A stretch of DNA of 38,977 nucleotides from a virus (IMGVR_UViG_3300016474_000552:1-38977), one strand, 5' to 3'; counted from the stretch's first letter, positions 1 through 9,586 are shown. Notes: generated by a model from the letters alone, not told the origin. Translations and numbers: made by a program.

Positions 1-2
1 TG

Positions 3-1808
3 AGCCAACCCATAGAAGGGCCGGCGGGCCTGCTTCTCTTTGAGAAGCTCTCGATTGAGATTGTGGGCGAGGTCGTCCCAGGTGAGCGCCCTCGCCGCGA
101 CCAGCTCCTCGTGAAGAACGCCGATGGCTCGGTCTACGCTGGACAGCTCCTCTCTCCGTCGGCGGTGAGCACGGGCGAGAAGTGCGAGAGGAGCTTCGGC
201 TTCACCTACGTCGACAAGCTGCCCCGCAAGTCGACGAAGGCGCAGGAGGTCGGCACGGCGACGCACAAGGAGCTGGAAGACTGGCTCAAGGACGTCATCC
301 CGCCGCGCACGCCCCTGCTGACGAACTCGGGCGCCCTCGGCCACTTCCCAGCGCCGAAGACGCCGGGGCTCGAGGTCGAGACGATCTTCGCCTTCCGCGC
401 CACCCTGCTTCGCATCCCCGAGGCCCTCGACGTGCCTGGCGCACGAGAAGCCCTGCAACGCGCAGAGGACGTGTCGGCGGTCTTCTACGGCTACAAGGAC
501 GCGCAGGTGATCCTTCCCGGCTCGGCGTTCGTCTACGACTTGAAGACGACGTCGTCGCTGGCGTGGAAGAAGACCCCCGAGGAGCTCCACGCCGACACGC
601 AGGGCGTTGTCTACGCCGTCGATGCGCTCTTGTCGGCACGAGCGCCGAAGACGACCCTGCGCTGGGTCTACACGCAGACGAAGAACGCGCCGGCGGCGGC
701 AGTCACCGACGTGGTGATGGACTGGGCCCATGTCGAGGCCCTCCTCGCCAACCGCGTCGCTCGTGCGTGGCGTCTCGGCCTCCTGAAGGAGCAGATGCCG
801 AAGGGGTCAGCGAAGACCCTCCCACCCAACCCCCGCGCCTGCGGGGACTACGGAGGGTGCCAGTTCATGCCCCTCTGTGACGACCTCACGGCAGCGACGG
901 GGTTTTTGTCGCTGTCGAGACAAAGCCGACTTCAAGAAAGTCGGGAAGCGCGACCTGCAACAGCAACAAGGAGTACAGCTATGGTGTCCATCCTCGCGAA
1001 GATGAAGTCCGACCTCTCCAAGCGTGGCGACGTCGCCACCGTCGACGAGGCCCTCAAGGCCCCGCCCGTGCCCGTCTCGTCGACCGTCACGACGGCCCCC
1101 GCCGCGTCGTCGCCCGCACCCGTCGCGCCGTCGGCGCCCGCGCCCACGCCGACGAACGACCGAGCGAGCCCGACGGCGCTCCGGGGCATGCTCGCGAAGC
1201 TGAAGGGTGAGGTCACGGTCCCCGCAGCCTCCACGCCCCCGGCGCTCCCCGTCGGCGTGAATCCGCCCGATGCTCGCCCGCCGGGTGTCGTCGACGCCCC
1301 CGCGCCGGCCCCCGCGCCGGCCCCGACGGCGCCCCAGGCCGAGAAGCGCAAGCCGGGGCGCCCGAAGAAGGTGGAGGCGGCGCCGACCGCGCCGACCGCT
1401 GAAGCGAACCCACCCGTTTCCGCGCCAGCTCCCGCCACGGCGCCCGCCACGGCGCCCGCCACGGCGCCCCTGCCTCGCGACTGGGCCGAAGACGGCCTGC
1501 CTGAGTCGCTTCGTGCGCCTATGGGATTCACCCTGCTGCTCGACGTGGCCCCGGTGAAGGGCATGGCTTTCAGCAACATCGAGGACGTGCTGTCGGCGGC
1601 GCGTGTGACTGTTGAGCTTGAAGCTGGATGCAGCTACCGGCTGATCGACTACGGCAAGGGCCCCGCGTTCCTCGCCGAGCAGCTCGAGGAAAACTTCAAG
1701 ATCGAGCCGCCCTGCGGCGCGTTCTTCGCGTCGTCCTACGGGCTCGACAAGGAAGTGCTCGACGTGCTCGTGCGCCACGCCACCGTCGTCTTCCGCGCCA
1801 CCCGGTGA
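3..1808 (+). CDS. Cas4-like/AddB-type PD-(D/E)xK exonuclease fused to a Pro/Ala-rich linker with AT-hook and a C-terminal domain (5' end may lie at or beyond the window edge)
   Basis: LSPS..C.R.F N-terminal motif, GYKD...YDLKT nuclease motif, CGDYGGCQFMPLC Fe-S cysteine cluster, KRKPGRPKK AT-hook; the frame is open upstream of GTG63 to position 3. Confidence 0.8.
   Translation, partial: SQPIEGPAGLLLFEKLSIEIVGEVVPGERPRRDQLLVKNADGSVYAGQLLSPSAVSTGEKCERSFGFTYVDKLPRKSTKAQEVGTATHKELEDWLKDVIPPRTPLLTNSGALGHFPAPKTPGLEVETIFAFRATLLRIPEALDVPGAREALQRAEDVSAVFYGYKDAQVILPGSAFVYDLKTTSSLAWKKTPEELHADTQGVVYAVDALLSARAPKTTLRWVYTQTKNAPAAAVTDVVMDWAHVEALLANRVARAWRLGLLKEQMPKGSAKTLPPNPRACGDYGGCQFMPLCDDLTAATGFLSLSRQSRLQESREARPATATRSTAMVSILAKMKSDLSKRGDVATVDEALKAPPVPVSSTVTTAPAASSPAPVAPSAPAPTPTNDRASPTALRGMLAKLKGEVTVPAASTPPALPVGVNPPDARPPGVVDAPAPAPAPAPTAPQAEKRKPGRPKKVEAAPTAPTAEANPPVSAPAPATAPATAPATAPLPRDWAEDGLPESLRAPMGFTLLLDVAPVKGMAFSNIEDVLSAARVTVELEAGCSYRLIDYGKGPAFLAEQLEENFKIEPPCGAFFASSYGLDKEVLDVLVRHATVVFRATR
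1431..1469 (+). repeat. 12-bp tandem repeat (cccgccacggcg)x3 encoding PATA
   Basis: Read directly from the sequence. Confidence 0.9.
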
Positions 1809-1812
1809 ACCC

Positions 1813-2175
1813 ATGTCGTCGTCGAAGAAGCCGAGACAACGACCCGTCAAGGTCTTCGAGCGTGTGAGCCCAAGAGGGCACGTCACGCTCGCGACGTCGC
1901 AGGACGAGAGGGTGGCCTACCCCCTCCGGTCCAGTGACCTCTGGCTCGTGGTCGACGACGAAGGCGAGGGTTGCGTCAAGAACAGGGAACAAGCCGAGCG
2001 ATTCGTCGCCGGCGCCCTGGGCTCGACCTCCTCGCTGCGTAACGCGCTGCCCGTGCCCTATCGCATCGTCACCGAGGCCGAGGTTCGCCAGAAAGAAGCG
2101 GCGAAGCGAAGGGCGCAGGCGCGAGAGGACGCGCGGGCGCTTTTCATCGAGGTCTTTGGGGAGGGGGAAGCGTGA
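1813..2175 (+). CDS. Hypothetical protein
   Basis: Coding-like codon usage; its stop overlaps the next start (GTGA). Confidence 0.7.
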   Translation: MSSSKKPRQRPVKVFERVSPRGHVTLATSQDERVAYPLRSSDLWLVVDDEGEGCVKNREQAERFVAGALGSTSSLRNALPVPYRIVTEAEVRQKEAAKRRAQAREDARALFIEVFGEGEA

Positions 2176-2753
2176 CCCGCGAAGTCACTGCCAACGAAGA
2201 CGAAGGCCCGCGCCAAGAGTGGGCGACGCCGCGCCTCATCGCCGATGTGCTCGTGGCCGAGTTCCAGCTCGACCTCGACGTCTGCGCGCTGCCGCACAAC
2301 GCAGTGATCCCCCGCTTCATTGTCGCGCCTGATGCGCCCGACGCGGCGAAGGCGCTCGCCGTCGGCGTCGACGGCCTGCGCTTGAGCTGGGCGGCGCTGT
2401 CGCCGACGAGGCGCGTCTGGTGCAACAACCCCTACACCTGCAGCGACTTGTGGGTCGAGAAGGCCCTCGACGAAATGCTTCAGGGCGTCTTTACGCTCAT
2501 GCTCGTGCCAGCGAACACCGAGACGCGCTGGTTCCACCGGCTCGCTCGTTACTGCGCCATCGACTTCTTCCAAGCGCGGTTGAAGTTTGAGCCCGCGCCC
2601 GAGCTGGCTGCGTGGTACGCGGCGAGGGGCAAAAAGCTCTCAGGCCCCGGCTTTCCTTCCATGCTCGCACGAGTCGACCCGTCCGCGACGGTCGACGACG
2701 TGGGCCGCTTTCGTCGTCGGTGCGGAAAGACCGGCGCGCTCTTGGAGGACTAG
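2172..2753 (+). CDS. dam: Phage-type DNA N6-adenine methyltransferase (Dam-like, PF05869 type)
   Basis: EWATP, LDLDVCA, VWCNNPY, LVPANTETRWF motifs. Confidence 0.85.
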   Translation: MTREVTANEDEGPRQEWATPRLIADVLVAEFQLDLDVCALPHNAVIPRFIVAPDAPDAAKALAVGVDGLRLSWAALSPTRRVWCNNPYTCSDLWVEKALDEMLQGVFTLMLVPANTETRWFHRLARYCAIDFFQARLKFEPAPELAAWYAARGKKLSGPGFPSMLARVDPSATVDDVGRFRRRCGKTGALLED

Positions 2754-4655
2754 GTGAGTCAAGTCGCAGCCTTCATGGCGAAGCTGAAGCCCGCCGCCGC
2801 GCCGGGGGCGAAGCGCGTCGTCCGTCGCACCGAGGACTTCCGACGCATCGAGGTGATCCCTCGTCGTTCGAGCTTCGTCGACTTGTCGACGCCGATGACG
2901 GCATGGCTGAAGACGCCGACGGGCACCATGAGCCTGCGGCGCGAGCAGGCGTGGGGCCTCGCCGAAGCCTTCGAGGCCGGCGGGCTCTTTGGCCCCGTGG
3001 GCGTGGGCGTGGGCAAGAGCCTTTTGACTTTGCTCGCGCCCACCGTCATGGAGTCGCAGCGCCCCTTGCTCATCATCCCGGCGGCGACGAGAGACGAAAA
3101 GACGATCAAGAAAGACCTCCCCGACCTGGCGAAGCACTGGCGCCTGCACCCGAAGTTCATCAGCGCCATGTTCGACGTCGAGGCTCGAAAGGACTGCATC
3201 CTCTCCTATGAGGAGCTGTCCCGCGAGAGCCAGGCTGAAGCGTTCCAGCGCATCCAGCCCGACCTCATCATCCTCGACGAGTGCCACCGGGTGAAGAACA
3301 AGAAGAGCGCGGTCTGGCGGCGCATTGAGCGGTACTTCAACGAGTACCCCGAGACGAAGATGATTGCCGTGAGCGGCACCATCACGACGAAGAGCCTGCG
3401 CGACTACGCGCACATCGCGAAGCTGTGCTTGAAGGACTCAAGCCCGCTCCCGCATCGCTGGTCGGACCTCGAGGACTGGGCCGACGCGCTCGACGAGGGC
3501 ATCGACGAAGAGCAGCGCCCACAACCCGGAGCGTTGGAGCTTTTTTGCACGCCAGACGAGAGCCCACGTCAGGGGTTTCGCCGGCGGCTGCTTGAGACGC
3601 GGGGCGTGGTCGCCACCGAGAGCCCCTCGGCGCAGGCGTCGATCCTCATCAGCGAGCTGCCCGTCAAGCCCCCGAAGGTCGTCGAGGACGCCTTCGCGAA
3701 GATGCGCGCTGAGTGGCTCACGCCAGGCGGCGACGTGATCATGACCGCATTGGAGCTGGCGGCGCACCTCATGGAGCTCGCCTGTGGCTTCTACTATCGC
3801 TGGGTCTGGCCCAACGACGTGGTCGATCAGGAGTGGCTCGACGCCCGTAAGGCGTGGCGCAAGTACGTCCGCGAGACGATCAAGGCATCAGGCACCGCCC
3901 GCGTCGAGCATCAGGTCTTCGACACCGAGCAGCAGGTAGCGTCCGCGTGTGCTCAGGGACGACTGCGTCCACCGCTCGACGAGTACAACGTCTGGCGCGG
4001 CATCCGGGGACGGACGAAGCCCGAGACGGAGCCGGTCTGGATCAGCGACTACCTCGTGGACGCCGCCGTCGCGTGGTTGAAGAAGCCCCACGAGGTCGGG
4101 CAGGCAGGGCTCGTCTGGACCGAGCATCGCGCCCTGCTTGAGCGCCTGCGCCCTCGCGTTGAGGCCCTCGGCCTGCACGCCTACGGTGCTGGCCAGCACG
4201 ACGTGATCTACGAGACGAAGAGCTGCGTCGTCAGCATCGACGCCCACGGTGAGGGAAAGAACCTGCAGACGCATCACAGCAGGAACCTGTACCTCTGCCC
4301 GCTACCCAACGCGAAGATCGCGGAGCAGTCCATCGGGCGCACGCATCGTCAGGGCCAGAAGGCCGACGAGGTCACGGCGGAGCTGGTGCTGCCCTCCATC
4401 GAGTTCTGGGCAGCCTTCGAGAAGGCCCGCCGGCAAGCGCACTACATCGAGGCCACAACCGGCCAGCAGCAGCGCCTCAACGTCGCCGACGTCACCGTCT
4501 TCGGCGAAGACGAGGTGATCAAGCGCGCAAAGACCGAAAACCCCCTCTGGGTCAAGGAAGTGAGCGTGGACGCGATCCTCGACGTGGAGGCACCCGCGAC
4601 CGCCGTCGCGACCGCCGTCGCGACCGCCGCGCCACCTCTGCGAGCAAAGACTTGA
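2754..4655 (+). CDS. Superfamily 2 (DExH/SNF2-like) helicase
   Basis: Walker A GVGVGKS, motif II ILDECH, motif III SGT, motif VI QSIGRTHR. Confidence 0.9.
   Translation: MSQVAAFMAKLKPAAAPGAKRVVRRTEDFRRIEVIPRRSSFVDLSTPMTAWLKTPTGTMSLRREQAWGLAEAFEAGGLFGPVGVGVGKSLLTLLAPTVMESQRPLLIIPAATRDEKTIKKDLPDLAKHWRLHPKFISAMFDVEARKDCILSYEELSRESQAEAFQRIQPDLIILDECHRVKNKKSAVWRRIERYFNEYPETKMIAVSGTITTKSLRDYAHIAKLCLKDSSPLPHRWSDLEDWADALDEGIDEEQRPQPGALELFCTPDESPRQGFRRRLLETRGVVATESPSAQASILISELPVKPPKVVEDAFAKMRAEWLTPGGDVIMTALELAAHLMELACGFYYRWVWPNDVVDQEWLDARKAWRKYVRETIKASGTARVEHQVFDTEQQVASACAQGRLRPPLDEYNVWRGIRGRTKPETEPVWISDYLVDAAVAWLKKPHEVGQAGLVWTEHRALLERLRPRVEALGLHAYGAGQHDVIYETKSCVVSIDAHGEGKNLQTHHSRNLYLCPLPNAKIAEQSIGRTHRQGQKADEVTAELVLPSIEFWAAFEKARRQAHYIEATTGQQQRLNVADVTVFGEDEVIKRAKTENPLWVKEVSVDAILDVEAPATAVATAVATAAPPLRAKT
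4595..4629 (+). repeat. 12-bp tandem repeat (cgcgaccgccgt)x~3 encoding ATAV
   Basis: Read directly from the sequence. Confidence 0.9.
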
Positions 4656-4680
4656 CACCCACCACCGACGTGGGTACAAG
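4652..4680 (+). promoter_or_regulatory. Putative sigma70-type promoter
   Basis: TTGACA, 17-nt spacer, TACAAG; the spacer carries an inverted repeat acccac/gtgggt. Confidence 0.55.
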
Positions 4681-4766
4681 ATCCATCACGCGCAACGTCC
4701 TGCAGGGTGCAGCGCAGAGCGCGTGTTGATGAGCCCGCTTCGGCGGGGATGAACAAGGAGATGAAC

Positions 4767-5240
4767 ATGGGTGCGTTTGGGAAGTTTCAGAAGGCCAAGG
4801 CTGCCAATGGTCCTCGCGTGCGTTTCGAGCTCGGCTCGTACCTCACGTCGATCAGCGGCGTGAAGTTCGACAAGACCCGCAAGGGTGACGAGCTCTTCGC
4901 CGTCACCTTCAAGATCGAAGAGTCCAGCTCGAACCTGCCGAGCATGCAGCCTGGCAGCTACGCCGACTGGGCCGCGCTCTCGTCGTGGGATTCCTACGAG
5001 GGCTTGGTCAAGGACTTCGTCTGCAAGCTCTACGGCGTGCCCGAGGCCGACTTGAACGCGCTGCCCGAGAGCGAGTTCGAGGAGCTGATGGAGAACCTGA
5101 CCGGCGCCGCGCAGGCGTCGACGGGTCGCAAGATCCGCGTGGAGTGTGTCGGAGTGACGAACAAGGCCGGCGAAGACGCGCTCGCCATTCGGTTCATCAC
5201 CGTGCCCGACAGCGAGCAGCCCGCCGACCAGGCGGCGTGA
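4767..5240 (+). CDS. Putative single-stranded DNA-binding (OB-fold) protein
   Basis: AAGGAG 6 nt before ATG4767; beta-rich G.Y...I..V pattern, acidic tail, located between helicase and polymerase. Confidence 0.55.
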   Translation: MGAFGKFQKAKAANGPRVRFELGSYLTSISGVKFDKTRKGDELFAVTFKIEESSSNLPSMQPGSYADWAALSSWDSYEGLVKDFVCKLYGVPEADLNALPESEFEELMENLTGAAQASTGRKIRVECVGVTNKAGEDALAIRFITVPDSEQPADQAA

Positions 5241-5249
5241 CCTGGCGTC

Positions 5250-5290
5250 GTGCGGGGGCCGCGCTCGTCGTGGCCCCCGCACTTGCTTTT
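5250..5290 (+). terminator. Intrinsic terminator
   Basis: Stem gtgcgggggccgc/gtggcccccgcac, 7-nt loop, followed by ttgctttt. Confidence 0.7.
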
Positions 5291-5321
5291 CATGCAGAGG
5301 TAACTCTGCAGGGGGTTCGTC

Positions 5322-5756
5322 ATGCCCGACGACATCACCGTCCGCGAGGCCCTCAACAAGATCGTGGAGAACGTCGAGAAGGGCACGCACTGTCCGTGCT
5401 GCGGGCAGCTCGCGAAGGCGTACAAGCGGCGCCTGCGAGGAAACCACGCCCGCTTCCTCTTCGACGTCGCCCGCCTCACGAGTGACGAGAGCCCGTGGGT
5501 CCACTACAAGCAGTGCTTCTTCGCGGGTCGCGACTACAACTACCTTCGCCACTTCGGCCTTGCAGAGACGGTGGAGCGCGAGGGCCTGTGGAAGATCACG
5601 CCGCTCGGCGCCCAGTTCCTCATGGGTGACGCCGACGTGCCCGCATGGATTCTCGTTTTCAACAACGCGGTGGTCGGCACCTCGACGGAGAAGCTCACGG
5701 TGCGTGAGTGTCTTTCCGCTGGCGGCTTCGACTACGACGAGCTGATGAGCGGCTGA
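5322..5756 (+). CDS. Hypothetical protein with CxxC (CPCCGQ) and possible winged-helix
   Basis: CPCCG motif; C-terminal GLAE...GLWKITPLG resembles a wHTH wing. Confidence 0.6.
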   Translation: MPDDITVREALNKIVENVEKGTHCPCCGQLAKAYKRRLRGNHARFLFDVARLTSDESPWVHYKQCFFAGRDYNYLRHFGLAETVEREGLWKITPLGAQFLMGDADVPAWILVFNNAVVGTSTEKLTVRECLSAGGFDYDELMSG

Positions 5757-5759
5757 CCC

Positions 5760-7964
5760 TTGACCACGTCCAACCCCTTCCTCTTCTGCATCGACCTCGA
5801 GACGTTCCTGATCGAGCCAGGCGGCGGCGCGCCCCCGCCTGTCGTCGCCGGCTGGACGGCCACCGACGGGCAGACCGTGGAGAGCGGCATCATTCACGTC
5901 GACCCCGCGCACGGTTTCGAGGGCGACTGGACGCCGACGAGCGCCTATCCGCCCCTCGAGGGCCTTTACCGCTGGGGCATTGAGCGGGTGCGGGAAGCCA
6001 AGCGCCGGGGGCTCGTGGCGCGCTTCGTCAACCAGAACATCGTCTTTGACCTGGGCGTCGTCTGCGCGGCCTACCCGGCGCTCTTGCCGCTCGTCTTTGA
6101 GGCATACGACGAGGGCCTGATCGAAGACACCATGATCCGCGAGCAGCTCATCGACATCGCCGCCGGCTCGCTCGGCTGGGTGCGTGGCGCGGTGTCGCCC
6201 CGAGGGACGAAGATCAAGCGGGCGTACACGCTGAAGGACATGGCGAAGCGGCGCTTGAACGTCGACATGGACAAGACGACGTGGCGCATGGGCTACGCCA
6301 GCCTCGTCGACGTGCCCCTCTCGCAGTGGCCCCAAGGCGCGAAGGACTACGCCATCGACGACACGGCGATCGCGCTTCAGGTCTACCTGAGCCAGCGCGA
6401 CGAGCTGCTTGAGGACGGCATCGAAGACGTGCCCAACAGCATCGAGCAGGCCCGCGCACACTGGGCCCTGCACCTCATGTCGACCTGGGGCATCCGTACC
6501 GACGGCGCCCGCGTCGCCCGCTACAAGCACGAGCTGGAGACGCGCCTGCGGGTGCTCGAAGGTGCCCTGCAGCACGTCGGCTTCATCCGAGGCGACGGGA
6601 TCAAGGGCAAGAAGTCAGGAACGAAGGACAAGAAGCTGATCGAGGCCACGATCCTCGAGCTGTACAACGCAGGGGAAGGCAGGGGATGGCCCGTCGGCCA
6701 CGAGCTCGCACGCACCGAGAAGGGCGCTGTCTCCCTCACCGCGCAGTCGATGGACGACCTCCTCGAAGCCCTCGACCTGAACCTCGTGCCCGTGAAGGCG
6801 AAAGACGTCGGGGGAAAGAAGAAGGAGCCCGTCGACTTCGCCCTCGACCTCGCACGCACACTGCCGACCACTCCCGGCGACACGGTGACCGACCTCGACG
6901 GCCACCCCGTGTCGAAGAAGATCGCGGCCCTCGCCTTGCTCGCGTGGCACACCAGCACGCAGAAGTTCCTCGGGACGTACATTCCGCCGCTCGAGGCCGG
7001 CGCTCGCTACCCGATCAACTGCCGTTACAACGTGCTCGTCGAGTCGGGCCGCTCGAGCTGCACGTCTCCAAACCTCCAAAATCTGCCAAAAGAACGGGGA
7101 GTTAGAGAGTGCTACCGTGCTCGCCCCGGCATGGTGCTCTCGTCGGTGGACTACGAGGCCCTTGAGCTGCACACGCTCGCCCAGGCGTGCCTCACACTGC
7201 TTGGCAAGAGCAAGCTCGCCGAGGCGTTGAACGAGGGCGTCGACCCGCACCTCTTGCTCGCGACCCAGTTCCTGCTCGAAGGCATCAGCTACGACGAGGG
7301 AAAGAAGATCCGCAAGGACGAGAAACACCCGCGTTACAAGGAGGTCGTCCACGCCCGCAACATGGCGAAGATTGCCAACTTCGGCCTGCCAGGTGCGCTC
7401 TCACCCAAGACGCTCGTCACCTACGCGAAAAACGGGGGCATCATCATCGACCTCGACGCCGCGACCGACTTGAAGGCGAAGTGGTTCAAGGCGTGGCCTG
7501 AAATGAAGGAATACTTCAAGCGGATCTCGTCGATGCTCTACATCGACGATAACGGCGAAGAGGTCGGCACCGCCGAGCAGCTCTTCTCGGCGCGCATCCG
7601 AGGTGGTGCCCGCTACACGGCGCTCTGCAACACCCTCTTCCAAGGGCTCGCCGCCGACCTCGCCAAGGTCGCTTGCTACGAGCTGGCGAAGGCGTGCTAC
7701 GTCCCCGGTCACAACCCGATCCTCTACGGGAGCCGCCCCATCGTCTTCGTCCACGACGAAACGATCGTGGAGCACCCCATCGAAACCGCTCACGAACGCG
7801 CCCTCGAACAAGCGCGCATCATGGTCGAGGCCGGGAAAGCCTTCTGCCCCGACGTGCCTCTGAAGGCCGAGCCCGCCCTCATGTTTCACTGGAGCAAAGA
7901 CGCCGTCGCCGTCTACGACGAGAACAAGCGCCTCGTGCCGTGGATGCCACAGGAGCAAGCGTGA
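5760..7964 (+). CDS. polA: Family A DNA polymerase with 3'-5' exonuclease domain
   Basis: Exo I IDLET, Exo II NQNIVFDL, Exo III YAIDD; SGRSS..PNLQNLP; motif A VDYEALELH; motif B RNMAKIANFG; motif C VHDE. Confidence 0.95.
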   Translation: MTTSNPFLFCIDLETFLIEPGGGAPPPVVAGWTATDGQTVESGIIHVDPAHGFEGDWTPTSAYPPLEGLYRWGIERVREAKRRGLVARFVNQNIVFDLGVVCAAYPALLPLVFEAYDEGLIEDTMIREQLIDIAAGSLGWVRGAVSPRGTKIKRAYTLKDMAKRRLNVDMDKTTWRMGYASLVDVPLSQWPQGAKDYAIDDTAIALQVYLSQRDELLEDGIEDVPNSIEQARAHWALHLMSTWGIRTDGARVARYKHELETRLRVLEGALQHVGFIRGDGIKGKKSGTKDKKLIEATILELYNAGEGRGWPVGHELARTEKGAVSLTAQSMDDLLEALDLNLVPVKAKDVGGKKKEPVDFALDLARTLPTTPGDTVTDLDGHPVSKKIAALALLAWHTSTQKFLGTYIPPLEAGARYPINCRYNVLVESGRSSCTSPNLQNLPKERGVRECYRARPGMVLSSVDYEALELHTLAQACLTLLGKSKLAEALNEGVDPHLLLATQFLLEGISYDEGKKIRKDEKHPRYKEVVHARNMAKIANFGLPGALSPKTLVTYAKNGGIIIDLDAATDLKAKWFKAWPEMKEYFKRISSMLYIDDNGEEVGTAEQLFSARIRGGARYTALCNTLFQGLAADLAKVACYELAKACYVPGHNPILYGSRPIVFVHDETIVEHPIETAHERALEQARIMVEAGKAFCPDVPLKAEPALMFHWSKDAVAVYDENKRLVPWMPQEQA

Positions 7965-8461
7965 GCGCCCTCGTCAGCATCGACCCCGGCACCGAGGAGA
8001 CGGGCATCGCCCTCTACCGCGACTCTTCCCTCGCCGACGTCGACGTCTTGCGCGTGAAGCGGAGCGTGGGCAACAAGGAGCCGCGAGCCAGCGTCATGGG
8101 TCGACTCACCGTCGAACGCCTGAAGACGTGGGGCCCTTCACGCATCGTGCTGGAGTACCCCCAGGTCTACAAGCACGGCCCCGGCTCTGAGGTCGACCCC
8201 GACGACATCCTCGCCCTCGTGCTCGTGCTCGGGCATGTCTGGGGCACGTTCCACGCCATCGACGGCTACAAGGTGGAGCTGGTGCGCCCCTCGACGTGGA
8301 AGGGGCAGGTGCCGAAGCGCATCATGAACAACCGCATCGTCGGCACCCTGACAACCGCCGAGCAGCAGCTCGTCCACGACAAGGTGCGAAGCAATCACAA
8401 CGCCCTGGATGCCGTGGGCATCGGGCTCTGGGCGCTTCGGCGCCCGTGGGGTCAGCCATGA
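7961..8461 (+). CDS. RuvC-like Holliday junction resolvase
   Basis: AGGAG RBS, GTG overlapping the polA stop; SIDPG..TGIA, IVLEYP, PSTWK, HNALDAVGIGL. Confidence 0.85.
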   Translation: MSALVSIDPGTEETGIALYRDSSLADVDVLRVKRSVGNKEPRASVMGRLTVERLKTWGPSRIVLEYPQVYKHGPGSEVDPDDILALVLVLGHVWGTFHAIDGYKVELVRPSTWKGQVPKRIMNNRIVGTLTTAEQQLVHDKVRSNHNALDAVGIGLWALRRPWGQP

Positions 8462-8473
8462 AGGGATACAGCT

Positions 8474-9586
8474 ATGAGATCAAAGCGCCGGCTGAAGACT
8501 GGACAGCCCTGCCGTGTCCGAGCCCGCGTTGCCGACGACAGACGCCTTCGGTACCATCCGCCTGTGGTTTCTGCGCAAGCCTCTGCCAACCGGGCTGGTT
8601 CCATCGAGGACGTCGTCCAAGCGCTTCCGGCGTTGGCGCGGGCGCGTCTGCAGTGGTTGCCTGATACCGTGCGGCAGCTGGTCATGCCGCTGCGTGACGC
8701 CGACGCTGAACGGCTCCACCGCGCCATCGACGACATCTCGCTCGACGCTGCGCGCGCTCTTTTTCGTGTGTCGAAGGACAGCGTTCTGTGGACCGATCCG
8801 GCCTTCCTTGCCGTGGCACGTGATCGCCTCGAGCACGGTGGCGAGCACGTTGAGGTCGCGGTTCGCCGACGTCTCGACCCGACGGACACATGGGCAGCAG
8901 ATGACCTTCGTGAGGCCCTGAGCTGGATGCGCGCCGTTCTGGCCGCCTTCGTCTCGGCAACGTTGACGATGGGCCTGGCCGAGGCCGCAGCCTCGCAACC
9001 CGAGCCGACCGACGCCCAACTCAAGGCGGAGCTGCGTGGCCCCGGCGGGAGCCTCATTCGCGGTCTTTGTCTGACCATGGCGATGGGCGAGATGCTCATC
9101 GACCCGGCTCCCCTGCCGAGGTTCTTCGGCGAACTGTCCCGTATCGCTTTGACCGAGATGCAGGCGGCGGCGAACGCCCGTCGTGCGCAGGGGTTTCCTG
9201 TTCCCACTGCCATCCACGTCGCCGGCTTCAGCCCGCCGGAGTGGGAGCGGCGGCGAAGCCAGGTGAGCGGGCTTGTGCCGGCCAGGCTCTTCCCTGAGAC
9301 GTTGCGGAAGAAGCTCATCGATGGTTTCGCTCCCCTCGAGATCTGGCTCTTTGGGAGCCGCGCCCGCGGTACCCACGGGCCTGAGAGCGACTGGGACCTC
9401 CTTGTCGTGCTTCCCGACGGAGATGCGTCTTCCGAAGACCCGGCAAAGCTGGCACCGCTGCGCACCGAGAAGGCCGACGTCGTCTTCATCGAGGCCTCTG
9501 ACTTCGATGCCGCTCGCCGCAAGTTCGGGACGTTGTCTCACACGGCGGTCACCGAGGGGTACCGCGTTCATGAGCGACCACGCTGA
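8474..9586 (+). CDS. Protein with C-terminal minimal nucleotidyltransferase (MNT) domain, antitoxin-like
   Basis: EIWLFGSRARG...SDWDLLVV pol-beta superfamily motif; about 270-aa helical N-terminal extension. Confidence 0.8.
   Translation: MRSKRRLKTGQPCRVRARVADDRRLRYHPPVVSAQASANRAGSIEDVVQALPALARARLQWLPDTVRQLVMPLRDADAERLHRAIDDISLDAARALFRVSKDSVLWTDPAFLAVARDRLEHGGEHVEVAVRRRLDPTDTWAADDLREALSWMRAVLAAFVSATLTMGLAEAAASQPEPTDAQLKAELRGPGGSLIRGLCLTMAMGEMLIDPAPLPRFFGELSRIALTEMQAAANARRAQGFPVPTAIHVAGFSPPEWERRRSQVSGLVPARLFPETLRKKLIDGFAPLEIWLFGSRARGTHGPESDWDLLVVLPDGDASSEDPAKLAPLRTEKADVVFIEASDFDAARRKFGTLSHTAVTEGYRVHERPR

Noticed and set aside
63-900. Cas4-like protein as evidence of a CRISPR-Cas system
   Set aside because: No repeat-spacer array or other cas genes; solo Cas4-like nucleases are common in phage replication modules
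4530-4550. KTENP in the helicase, and QNP/VNP in other proteins, as further NP signals
   Set aside because: Lack the adjacent basic cluster or a clear domain boundary; compatible with chance
4686-6575. 629-aa minus-strand ORF and similar long antisense ORFs (24148-26472, 31639-33297, 20249-21571, 27912-29222)
   Set aside because: Shadow frames of GC-rich plus-strand genes that carry clear motifs; no recognisable domains of their own
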